The notes under the pieces are model-generated. The model made no database searches. It was given only the letters and a program-made list of their open reading frames with translations, and had not been told where the DNA came from. A stretch of 64,000 nt of DNA from Massalongia carnosa. Its lineage: Eukaryota. How positions within the stretch are numbered: the stretch's first letter is position 1; each line of letters begins with the position of its first letter. The stretch spans positions 744,001 to 808,000 of the forward strand of contig OZ287073.1 of the NCBI GenBank assembly GCA_965645245.1. The letters run 5' to 3'. The translations under genes and the position numbers were made by a program. Positions 52,128-63,200 of the stretch are shown in pieces.

Positions 52128-54449
52128 ACGTAACTCACTGGGCAACGGGACAAACTGGGCAACGGGACTAAGTAATTCCGAAATCATCACTTTTTAGATG
52201 ATGAAGCCTTCATTACATACATTTTACATACAAATTCAGCTTCAGACATCACAGTAGATTATATTCATCATTTTGAACTTTATAATCATGGGTGTAGGTA
52301 AAAAAACCACCTCCCACAAGACCTCCATTCCTTCATGTTTTCACCCCACCTCCACCTATCAACAACGATTACAGTCAGCCTTTTTGGCCTGGAAACAGGC
52401 CGATGGAGCTCTTTCCATTACGAAGGCAGCTTTTCTATATGATGTTTCAAAGTCTACCCTTCATGCCCGCATTCAGGGTCGTCAATCACGATTTACGTCT
52501 GATCAAACTAAACAACTGCTGACCCCCGAGGAGGAAGACGCTTTGAAGAACTGGGTTTTACAACTGTACGCCTGGGGCTGGCCTGCTAAAATAGCTCAGC
52601 TACGTCAGATGGCCATAGAATTACTACGAGCAAGGGGGAATCATACTGTGCTAGGAGTCAATTGGCAACAGTATTTTTTACATCGTCATCCCGATCTGCA
52701 GGTTAAATACAGTCGCACACTAGATCAAGAACGATTATTCGCTGAGAATGAAGAGATATTTCAGCACTGGTTTGACCTTTTCCTCTCCATGAAAGAAAAG
52801 CACGGAATTCTTGATGAAGACATCTACAACATGGACGAAAAGGGATTCATGATGGGGGTAGCTGCTAGTGCTAAAGTAGTAATTTCTAAGCACGAAAAGC
52901 AAGCCTTTTCAGCACAGTCAGGTAATCGAGAATGGGTGTCATTGATCGAGTCCATTTGTACTACCGGTCGAAGTTTACCTCTTTTCGTCATCTTCAAAGG
53001 AGTCAACAAGCAAAAGGCCTGGTACGATGCACTGGAGGACATTGACACTGAAATAGCTACCAGCGAAAACGGATGGACAGACAATGAACTAGGTCTTGAT
53101 TGGTTGAAAAAGTGTTTTGAACCTGCTACTGCAAAATATCTACACGGTGAATATCGACTTCTTATAGTAGATGGTCATGCTTCCCATATTTCTACCGAAT
53201 TCATCAAGTTTTGTAACGAAAAGAAAATCATTCTTTTGTGTCTACCTCCACATACTACCCATATGTTGCAACCTCTGGACGTGAGTGTTTTTGGGCCCTT
53301 ATCACGGGAGTACAAAAAACAATTGGAGGTCGTCACCCGATTCAACGTCTGTTCAGTGGACAAGGTGGATTTTCTGAAGATCATTCAAAAAGCAAGAAAA
53401 GAAGCAATCAACACAAAAAACGTGCTGACTGCATGGAGAGCAACCGGATTAGTACCATACAATCCCTCATCAGTTCTTCAAAAACTCACTAATAAACAAT
53501 TGGTGTTGCGAAAGACTGATAGCATCATCACCACCACTACCACCACCACCACCACCACCACCACTACTACTACCACCACCACGAATATCACCTCCTCTCA
53601 TCCTAACACTCCGACAACCCTTCAAAACTCTCACGAAATTGAAAAGACACCTGCAAATATCGATCAAATAAATCAACTGATTCGTCGAATTCGAAATGAT
53701 GAAGAATCAGACTCGACTCCCGTTCGAGCGCTAAATAAATTGATAAAAGGCGCTAAATATGCCTTCGCAGACTCTACCTTGCTACGTATCACCAACAACG
53801 AGCTTCTTCAGGCCAATGTACGGCGCCATCATCGAGCCAATCGTAGCGGGGCTCACTATGGAGGAAAGGCTCGAGTTCTAAGCCTTGAAGACGTTCAACA
53901 AAGACAGCAATGGGCCAAAGATAAACAAAAGGTGAAAGACGAAAAAAAGAAGGCCGCTCAGCTAAAACGAGCTGAGCAGGACCTTATCAAAACTTTCAGG
54001 GAAATGTGTCGATTTGGACCTGATTTACTAGGACAAACGTCTACTGCATCTTCGACGAAAAGTCCTCAGAAAAGTCCTCAGAAAGCACCTGATAGTTTAC
54101 AAAGTAAGCCTATTTGTTCTTTTCAAAGACGATTGCTACCTCCTCCCGTGCTTCAACCAATGACAGAAGAGGTAGAGGGGGTGGAGGAGGTGAAGGTGAG
54201 TGGGGGGGTAGAGGTGGAGGTGGAGGTGGTGGATGAGGTGAAGAAGGTTCAAACTACCAGACGGGGTCGTATTGTACGTCAACCACGTAAAATGTGATTA
54301 TGTTGCATGCAGACAAAATATCAATTTCACGTCTAATAGACATTGAAGCCGAATTTGTATGTAAAACGGGTGAGAGGGAGGCTGTAGAAATTAAGCGAAA
54401 TTTAGTTAGTCCCGTTACCCAGTTTGTCCCGTTGCCCAGTAAGTTACGT
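52128..54449 (+). mobile_element. pogo/Fot1-family DNA transposon, apparently intact
   Basis: TA TSD; ~45-bp TIRs ACGTAACTYACTGGGCAACGGGACAAACTGGGYAACGGGACTAA with an internal direct repeat. Confidence 0.96.
52288..54297 (+). CDS. pogo/Fot1 DDE_1 transposase, intact and intronless
   Basis: HTH_psq and CENP-B-type HTH; YNMDEKG, LIVDGHASH and LQPLD catalytic triad; no stops. Confidence 0.95.
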   Translation: MGVGKKTTSHKTSIPSCFHPTSTYQQRLQSAFLAWKQADGALSITKAAFLYDVSKSTLHARIQGRQSRFTSDQTKQLLTPEEEDALKNWVLQLYAWGWPAKIAQLRQMAIELLRARGNHTVLGVNWQQYFLHRHPDLQVKYSRTLDQERLFAENEEIFQHWFDLFLSMKEKHGILDEDIYNMDEKGFMMGVAASAKVVISKHEKQAFSAQSGNREWVSLIESICTTGRSLPLFVIFKGVNKQKAWYDALEDIDTEIATSENGWTDNELGLDWLKKCFEPATAKYLHGEYRLLIVDGHASHISTEFIKFCNEKKIILLCLPPHTTHMLQPLDVSVFGPLSREYKKQLEVVTRFNVCSVDKVDFLKIIQKARKEAINTKNVLTAWRATGLVPYNPSSVLQKLTNKQLVLRKTDSIITTTTTTTTTTTTTTTTTTNITSSHPNTPTTLQNSHEIEKTPANIDQINQLIRRIRNDEESDSTPVRALNKLIKGAKYAFADSTLLRITNNELLQANVRRHHRANRSGAHYGGKARVLSLEDVQQRQQWAKDKQKVKDEKKKAAQLKRAEQDLIKTFREMCRFGPDLLGQTSTASSTKSPQKSPQKAPDSLQSKPICSFQRRLLPPPVLQPMTEEVEGVEEVKVSGGVEVEVEVVDEVKKVQTTRRGRIVRQPRKM

Positions 54450-55071
54450 TAAATAGGGTACAGAGTAGATCCCCAAGTAAGCCAGTCATCCATCGTTCAT
54501 CATCAGATTCCCTACTCGGTACTCTACACCGAGTACACCGTACAGATAACCTTACATCAAGAAAGTCGCACCTCCGTATATTTAAAATAAAAATTAAAAA
54601 ATTAAAATAAAAAAAATACTTCCCCCTCTCCAACCAACCCAAGCGCCCTTCACTCGCTCCTGATACACGGCTCCCCTTCCTCTTCTCTTTTCCCCTAACC
54701 CCAGAATACGGAATAATTGGGGGAATTCGATGAGCTATGTCACATCGTTTCCTCACGTCGTATATGGAATTCTGTACGGAGTACAGTAGATACTGAAACC
54801 TTCCTACCAACAGAGAGGGAGAGAGAGAGAGAAAGAAAGATTCCTAGGTGCTTGTTGCCATTTCGGTACCAAAACCGTCCAAAGACAAAATCCGTCGGGT
54901 TTTGTCATGCTGTGAAAAAGTCTTCGGCACACCCCACCAAAACCAAAATTCCCTTTTACAGCACATTTGTTCCATCTATTCCCTACCCCCCCAAACAACC
55001 GTTTGAAACCTCCAAAATTGCATTAATAATCGATTGATATGTGCTCTATTTGCTACCCGAATTTTGTGGTG

Positions 55072-56158
55072 CTAATACTTTTTATGCCACCTCCGCAGCG
55101 ATAAGTGCTGCCACCCTGCGGGGCATGCTTGCAATCAGTCCATCTATTACCTCCTCACGAATGTTCCCCCATGCCTCCTGCAAAATGCTAACCAGCTTTG
55201 ATTCTGCCTCGTCACCCTTGCCCTCTAGAGAATTGATGTCGGGATAAACTTTGTAGGCCTCTTTCTTGAGAAGGGCCCAAAGATTTTCGATGGGATTTAA
55301 GTCGGGGCTGTAGGGTGGCCAGTCTATTACCTCTATCCCCTATTCCCTAAACCACGCCTTTGTTTTATTCGCTCCATGAATGGGGGCATTATCTGCATGA
55401 AAACAAGACCGGGCGTCCATATTCCTAGCAAGTTGGACTCCAAAACCTGTATGTAGGACTTTGCTGAGTAACCTTGCTTTTTAGACTCCCAATCCCGCTC
55501 CAAAAGATGAAGATCCGACCTTCCCGATCCCCAAAATGCCTCCCATATCATAATACTAAAGGCCTTGCCTTTGGGACCTTCCTGAAGCTTATCACGATCC
55601 CATTTCTGATCAGGAGTTCCAAAAGACCAGTCACGGCCTTTGCCCGAACCCCTTCGCACAGAAGACTCATCTGACCAGATCACAGTTTTCCACTGTTCCA
55701 CCGTCCAGTCCTCGTGTTTTCGTGCCCAATTCAGTCGGAGTTTTGCCAGAGCTGGGGTCAATTTAGGCCGCCTCAAGGCCATCCAATGAGCTATCCCATT
55801 GTTCTTGAGCACCTTGTTGAACGTCTGCCTGCAGATCATCAACCCCAAGGCTGTTTTGATCTGATTCCAACTTGTTTTTGGGTTGATTCGAACATACCGC
55901 AGCACGGATCTGACCGTTCGAGGGGTAACAACAGGCGGCCGGCCGCATCGGGGTCTTTTTCCTCCAGACGGAATTGTTTTGTTCTCTCTGCAAAAAGCTC
56001 TGAATGGTGGTGCGGGAGACGTTCAATTGATGATGAATTTCAGTGGGTATTAAACCCGCCCGGGCGAGGCCTGATATTTGACTTTTTATAAACGTAGATA
56101 ACTCCCTTCGAGGAGTCTTATTAGCAGAGATGGGGGTCAATGGGCTTCGTTTGGGCAT
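55072..56158 (-). pseudogene. Tc1-like (DD34E) transposase relic
   Basis: GRPP, VIWSDES, MQ/DNAPIH and WPPYSPDLNPIENLW with 34 residues between D and E. Frameshifts and an in-frame TAG. No TIR pair recognised. Confidence 0.9.
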
Positions 56159-57260
56159 GGTGATGATGGGTTGAAAAAGATGAGTTTGGGGGAGACGCGA
56201 TTTTTCCCGAAAATTACGCGAAATGACGAACACTTAATCATACCCACGTACAACCCCTGTGGCTAACTAGTTAGTTAGGTATGGATATAACTACAAAGTA
56301 CATAACTTAGTTATAAAGTACCGCGGTATCTAATCGATGTATACCATGGCTCATTTCCCGTACCTGTAACTTAGATCGACAAATTACCTACCCAACTTAT
56401 ACCTTTCCGTATCTAACTAATACCTCAATACCTGCCCTGCAAGACCCCCAGCACAAGGTATCTATCGTGCTATCCAGCCCGTATAGTAACTACAGGGTAC
56501 CGAACCATGTTACGCCATTTCCTTCCTCCATGCGAAAACCAAATCTCGCAACCGGAAATGAGAGGTCGTTTTCGCAAAAAAATGGTACCGACTGCCTCCG
56601 TACGTACAGATGAGATTAAGATGTTGTAGGTGGAGGTTTGGCTATGCAACCGTTACCAAAATAGTTAAGTTGTGGTAACTTGGGACATACCTACCGACAA
56701 CCTCCCTTGATCAGTCTAAACCGATCAACAAACAGTACCTCCCTACAGCCAACCACCTTACAGAGTAACGTTTAGGTATGCAAGCACAATTCAATAGCTA
56801 TAACTCGGACCTCGGAATTCTTGGACGCGGTTCAAAACCCCCGTGCAAACGATACCGGTATGATTGATTAGCTGTTGTGGTGTCTAGGACGTGAACGGAA
56901 TTCCCGCGCCGCCAGGCTCGAGGGTGTAGAGTAGGCAAGGTAGGCTCGGCAAATATGGTTTGCTGTGATTACTATGAGATTCACCCCCAAAAAAAAAATT
57001 TTTCCACCGGCAAACTCTATCACTCAACGGTTCGCGTCAAAGGGGAGGAATGGATCCCCAGGGTACGGAGATTGAAGGGAAAGAAAGAAAGGAGAGAGGG
57101 TATATTCATCGCCGGCTAAAGCATCCCACAGTCTGAGGTAAATACAAACGTTCGCCTGCCCCTGAGAAAAACAAACCAAGCACCCCAATCTCGCTATGCC
57201 CCGCCCCCTGATGCTCCATCAATTTGATTAGGGGTGATTGAATCTATGAAAACGACAAAA

Positions 57261-60200
57261 TCAGCCTGGTAACTGCTTGGAAAAGCTGTTGAGATCGGGC
57301 CCAAAAGGTCCCTCTCTGGCGTCGTCCTTGCCTCCGAAGTAGGCACCTGCTTCGCTTCCATCTTCACCTCCCTCACCAAATTCTGTGCTCTCGGCATCGC
57401 GATCGTAGCTGGTCTCGCGCATCAAGGTCGGTGTCGCAGGTGGCTCCTCAACCCTTAGAGGGCGATCCTCGTCGTAGTGGGAAAGGCTAATGCTCTGCCT
57501 GGGCGTCCTGTAGGCCCCTCCAGAACGTACCGAGGTCGCCGAGGTCGGTCGGGGTGCTCCTGGGTTTCGATCTGGTTGATGCGTTTGCCGCGTCTTGGTG
57601 CCCGGTGGAGTTAATAGACCAGAAAGAAAGCTTGCTGCCGATGGTGAAGCGCGCGAAGGAGTTTCACTGGGGCTGCCACTGGTGATGCCTGCGAGGCTGC
57701 CAAACGACATCTCACGAGCCTTGCGCCAATTGCCCCATGCAGCTGCAGCGGCAAGGGGTAGAGCTCGTGGCGAGGAAGTCAGGGTGGAGATGCTGGCGAG
57801 AGAAGGAAACGATTGACCACCAGCAAGTGCTCGTTCCTTTTCTTGCTGCTCCATTTGGAGGTTGGCTTTAAGGCGAATCGCAGCATCTCGTACTGCTACA
57901 CGATCATAAGATGGCTGAGACACGGTCGTAATGATATCTTCGAGGTCATCAATGCGAACGCCCAGCAATTCGCGAAGCCAGGTAATTTCAATCTCTTGGT
58001 CCTTTAGCTTCGCCGGCGCGTCCTTGTCGATGGTTAAGTGCTCTTGTTCAAGCTCTTCAATTCGAGCCTCGCGTTCCTGCAACTGTTCCTGAAGAACCAT
58101 GATCGATTCCCGGAGCGCTTGAGGCGAGATCCTTTCTGGTATATCGGAGCCTCTCGCATGCGATATCGAGGCACGATTTGCAGAAGGGCTTGAGTCAGCT
58201 TTCTTTGACTGAGCCACAAGCTGCTGTGCAGCTGCCTTGGCGATCTCAAGCTTTTCCTCAAGGTGGCTAACTTTGTCCTGTAGATGTAGTACCTTCTCGT
58301 TAGCCAAATCCAAGCCGCTGTTGAGATAGATTTTAAAGCGTTCCTTATCTTCCTGCACGATCTTTAATGCACGCTCATGCTGCGCTTTGGCTTCATCTAA
58401 AGTACGCTGATGGAAACGGTAATGCTCTTGCAACGCAGCCTCTCTGGCCTCGGCGGCTTCCCTAAGAGCAGTGTTTCTTGAGTCTGAAGCTTCTTCTAGC
58501 ATAAGGTGGTGCCTAGCTTTGGTAGAATTAGCATCAGCTGTTGCACCGTCAAGCTCAGCCTTAAGCCGTGAAATGTTTGCTTCAAGATCAGAGCGAACCC
58601 TGTCAAGTTGAGCGCGGGCATCCTCGACTTCAGCTTGGGTTGCCGTACGGGTTCGGTGTATTTCCATCTTCGCGGATTCTCTGGCGTTGTGTAACTCACA
58701 CTCGTACCGGGCAGCAGACTTCTGATGCCCATCATTTTCTGTTCTCAGCTTATCAACCAGCCCTTTTAGTCGGGCATTTTCTTGCTGGCCTTGTTCCAAG
58801 GAATGTCGCACATTTGCAGCCTCCCGCTCCTGCGCTACGAGTTCCACAATCTCATGCTCTAGCTTCTCTCGAGTTCGAGATTCTGCTTTGAGCGTTTCAT
58901 CCAACTGATCAACCCTTGATTTCATATCCTCCTCTCGTCGCCGCCAGATGGATTGATCGCGTGCTATATCGCGTGAGGTTAGAGTCATGCCCTCTTGCAA
59001 ACGATCAAATTTAGCCCGCAAAGTTTGGCGACCACGAATGCTATCTTCAATCTCGGCCTTTAACGCAGTGATGGTCCTTCGTAGGTCGTTGTTCTCTGTT
59101 TTTGCCTCCTCAACCTCGTCACGCCACTGAGAACTTGACAGTCGGTACTCTTCCAACGTACTTTCTAGCGCAGCATTCTTTTCTGCCAAGTCAGAAGCTG
59201 ACTTCTGCATACTCTCCTGGGCCCCTTCAAGCACGGCATTCCGTCGCAGAACCTGTTGCCGTTCATCGTGAAATGCCGCGAGGCTGCGCTCTGTCTCTTC
59301 CGCCGACTCGCGTTGTTCTGCAGCCTCTTGCATTGCCATCCGGAGGAGTCTTTGGCTATCTGCAAGAGCATCTTCAGTGGCTCTACGAGCTTGCAACTCG
59401 TCGTCTGCACGAGCATCAGCTATCTTGAGCATGCTCTCCAACCCCGCAATCTGCAACTGGTTCTTTTCAGCAGTCGCCGATTCATGACTTGATGTAATAG
59501 GTCCAGATCTTCCTCGAAGCTGCCTTGCCACGGCCTCTTCAACAACGGTCTTGATTTCCCCAGAAGACTGCCAAGGTCGCTGCATCGACGTTTTCATATC
59601 TTTAACCACTTCCAGGATCTCGGCTACCTTAGCCGCTGAAGCAAAGTTCTCCAGAGCACCATTTGTCTCAGTTATGGAAGCTTTACGCTTGTCGTATCTG
59701 CGATCTCTTACTGGTGATTTGACCAGTGAGTGTGTATCCTCTAAATCATCCTCATCGTCAGCGTCGCTATGCTCGACCTCTCCCGAAAGGCTCCTCTGGT
59801 GTCTTCGGCTGGCTGATCTACTTGACAGAGCTAACAAAGAGCTCTGTATAGCTGCAAGAGCTTTTTCTAAAGGACTCAATCGTTGCTGGACAATTCCCCC
59901 AACCAAGCCACCGATACGCTGATCAAAAAATCCTGCACTTGCTCGAAGCTTGAACTCATCCCCGGAAGATACCACATCATCCCAATCGCTGATCGGCAGA
60001 TTTCCGGGGCTGTTCAAGCGGTGTACTGAGGCCTCACCTTCTATAGCCACATTTGATGGCCTGTATGATGGGCTGAAGCGAGCATTATGAGCTACCATTT
60101 CGATATCAGCTCTAGCTGGGCTTTCTGAATCGCTTTCGGGAAGATACTGGAATGGCAGCTTCAGTCTGTTGGGGCTAGGCGACGGTGCATCACTCCTCAC

Positions 60201-63200
60201 GTGTGGTACAGGTAGGAGTTGATGTACTCCAGGGGCGTTGTGCAGATTTGTAAGAGGAGTTTGAATAGGGCTTCGGTGGCTCCATGGACTCATTTTTCGC
60301 TCTACACCAAGATCAGAATCTTCTTCGTTTAGGTGTTTCATCACGGCGTCAATTTCGTTATATGACTGCTCGAGATATGTCACGTCAAGCGCGGCAGCAC
60401 CAAATACATCAGGTTCCCCTCCAAGATTGGTCTCACGATGATGAGGCTCCTCCCTAAGCTTTTCTGTTGGTCCGTTCTGGTGACTTCTTGATACAGTAGA
60501 ATAGGTAACAGAATGCAAACTGCCCGAGCCCATATTACGAGAGGAATGTGATGATATCTTCCCATCCTCCACTAGAGTGCCTCTAGATATAGTAGAAGGT
60601 TTCGTATAATCTATCTGATTAGGTTCTAGTAATAAGTCGAGTTCGAGGTTCCTAATCGTGCCACTAATACCATTGGCTTGGCCATCAGTATAACCAGACG
60701 AAGGGAAGAGTACGGTATTATTTTGAGGAATTCCTTCTACAAGATTGGAGAACAGTCCTGGATTATCGCTGAGGGGGGGTCCTGGCGAAGGAAGATTTGA
60801 TCGAGCAGCATTGAATATAGCGGCGTCCAACGCATTAGGGAAAGCAAATGGTTCCCAAGGTTTGTTCTCTGCATGGACAATTTTGTTATCATCCATCAGA
60901 TCTACAACCTGTGAGCCGGGTAGGTCATCTAAGATCTTCAATGAGTTTGAAGCTTTTTCCATGGTAGGCGTATTACCATGGTTGCTGGCTAGCGACCTTG
61001 GAGATTTCTCAGGGGTTCGCGGGACAACTCCCAGGATATAGGAAGGTGATACGGGAGTTTGAGTTGCAAATAAGGGTACCTGATCGCTATCGTCATCACC
61101 CCGTCGTAACCGCTTCTGTCGACCATCCGCTTGTGTGATACGGCCTGATTCATCCTCTTGGCCATCAGCATCTAGGTCTAGATCTTTCACAAATTCGTCG
61201 GGTTTCATGATAGGGATGGCTCTTGATTTTTTGGTTGGTTTTACAATCTCAGACAGTTTGAGGTCGCCAAATATTTTCTTACCACCAGATCCACCAGATG
61301 AGGCTGTCAGATCAGAAGCGCTCGTACTTGTTCCTGTAGGTTGAAAGCTCGGGGTATCTGGATTGAAAGATGGGCCTTTTGGTGAGAAGCTAAATACTCT
61401 TGATGGAACACCTGGTATAGGGGCGGTTGCGGGCGTGAAAGCCGGCGCTGCTACATTGAAGTTACTCTTGCCGGGAGAAGTTTGTGGTGCATGCTCCAAT
61501 TGGCTGATGGGCGATGGTAAGGCTGCTTCGTTGGTTATTTTTTGAGACGCATCCCGATTGCCTAAGAATGCGAATACATCTGGCGTAAGAGACTTCTTTG
61601 GCTCGAACACAAATTCGGGCGCATTGACGTTCAATTTAGAGAGCGAAGACTTAGTTAAATGTGCTGGTTGTCCCGTTTCAAAAAGGATTCTGTCGGCTTG
61701 AGGGGTACCTGAAAGACTTGGATTCGTGTCCAAGTCGTCACAGTCGAAGTCTTTATCAATAACTCGCAGTATATTCTCTAATACAGGGAGTTCATCCTCA
61801 TGACCATCTCTGGCTTCAATATCATAGGTAGAGTGCTTCTCACTTTCGATGTTTACTCGCCCTTCGGACTGTTGCAAGTGTAGCTCCGCCTCGTCAACTT
61901 CTTTCTGCAGTGTTTCACTTAAGTTCTGGCGGTGTCCTCGAGGTATTGGAGTTACTATCTCGGGTTGCTTGCTGTACCCTGGTAACTGTGAGGGTTCTAC
62001 CGGGTTGGGAGCACCCGTTGCCGTTTCCTGCAGTTGTGGATGTAGTAAATGATGCTGCTGATTCTGCTGATACAGAAGCTGGGGCTGGATTTGTGCTTGT
62101 TTTTGACGCATGTGGGGCAACAGATCACTCGTGTTTTGGTTCAAACTCTGACCACCATGATCTATGACTGAAATTGCAAGCGGCGGAAGTGTATTGCTGA
62201 AACCTAGCATATTCCCGCTGGCAGGAGGAGAAGTAACCCGGGAACTTGGATGTGACATGAAAAATTGCTGCTGTGGTGACCAGGATCCGAGAAGTGGAGA
62301 CTGAGCTGGCGGGAATTGGTACGGAGGCGGTAGCCCCTTTTCCATATGGGGTATAGCCACAGAATATCTCGACAAATGTGAAGTTCCTGGCTTCACTTGT
62401 TGATGAACTGCGTTGGGAATGACCGAAGCATGAGTTCCAAGAACCGTGGAGCCTGGGAACTGTCCTGAGTATGGATTCAAATGTTGCGAGCTATGCGTGT
62501 TTGCCATTGAACATGTAGCAAGCCGTGGCGAGATTGGGAATGCCGAACTTTGTGAAGAAGCATGTCTGCTCATGAGAGAAAGAGAAGGAGAATGCCGTAC
62601 AGAAGTGTCCTCCCCCCCCACACTAACCCCCAAAGCACGTAGCTTGTCTTCTTTCAGCATGTTGACATAATTTTCCCATTCCCGCCGATCTGGTATGCTA
62701 ACTCGAAGACATTTGTTCTTTGGCTCCTTTCGTTCGTCTTCTGGATTTGGATAGATTGCGCAACTCTGTCCCTCGGCGGAACGATGTACGGAAACATCAT
62801 CCGTAGAGGAGAGGCTGAAACCCTTGGTGTTATAGCCTTGGCTTTTCCACATTTCAAGTCGATCCTCGACGTCCTGACGCTTTAAATAGTCTCTTGCAGC
62901 CCCTTCGTTTTGACTGTCATCATCCAATGGAAGGGCAATGATGCAAGCTTTGCCGCGCCAAACAATACGCTTCCGCGCCCTTTGAAACGAAGATTGAGCT
63001 ACTGGGGAAGGCCGGGATGAATTCAATGATACATCCACAGGACTAACAGCGTTGTTCGTGATTGGTGCCTCCGAAGCTGTGCGATCAAACGGCGGTGGTA
63101 TAGGAGGGAGCGGTTTTTCTATTAGCCGCGCCATGACGCTTGACGTTGCATCTTTAGTTTTGGTATGTTCTCCTGGCATCAACCCAAGCGATCCGGTGTC

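Noticed and set aside
53529..53582. (ACC/ACT)n poly-Thr tract in the intact pogo transposase
   Set aside because: In-frame microsatellite in a disordered linker; unremarkable.
54950..56280. TIRs for the Tc1 relic (candidate CAGGGGTTGTAC at the right end)
   Set aside because: No matching inverted copy found on the left, so the element boundaries are not called.
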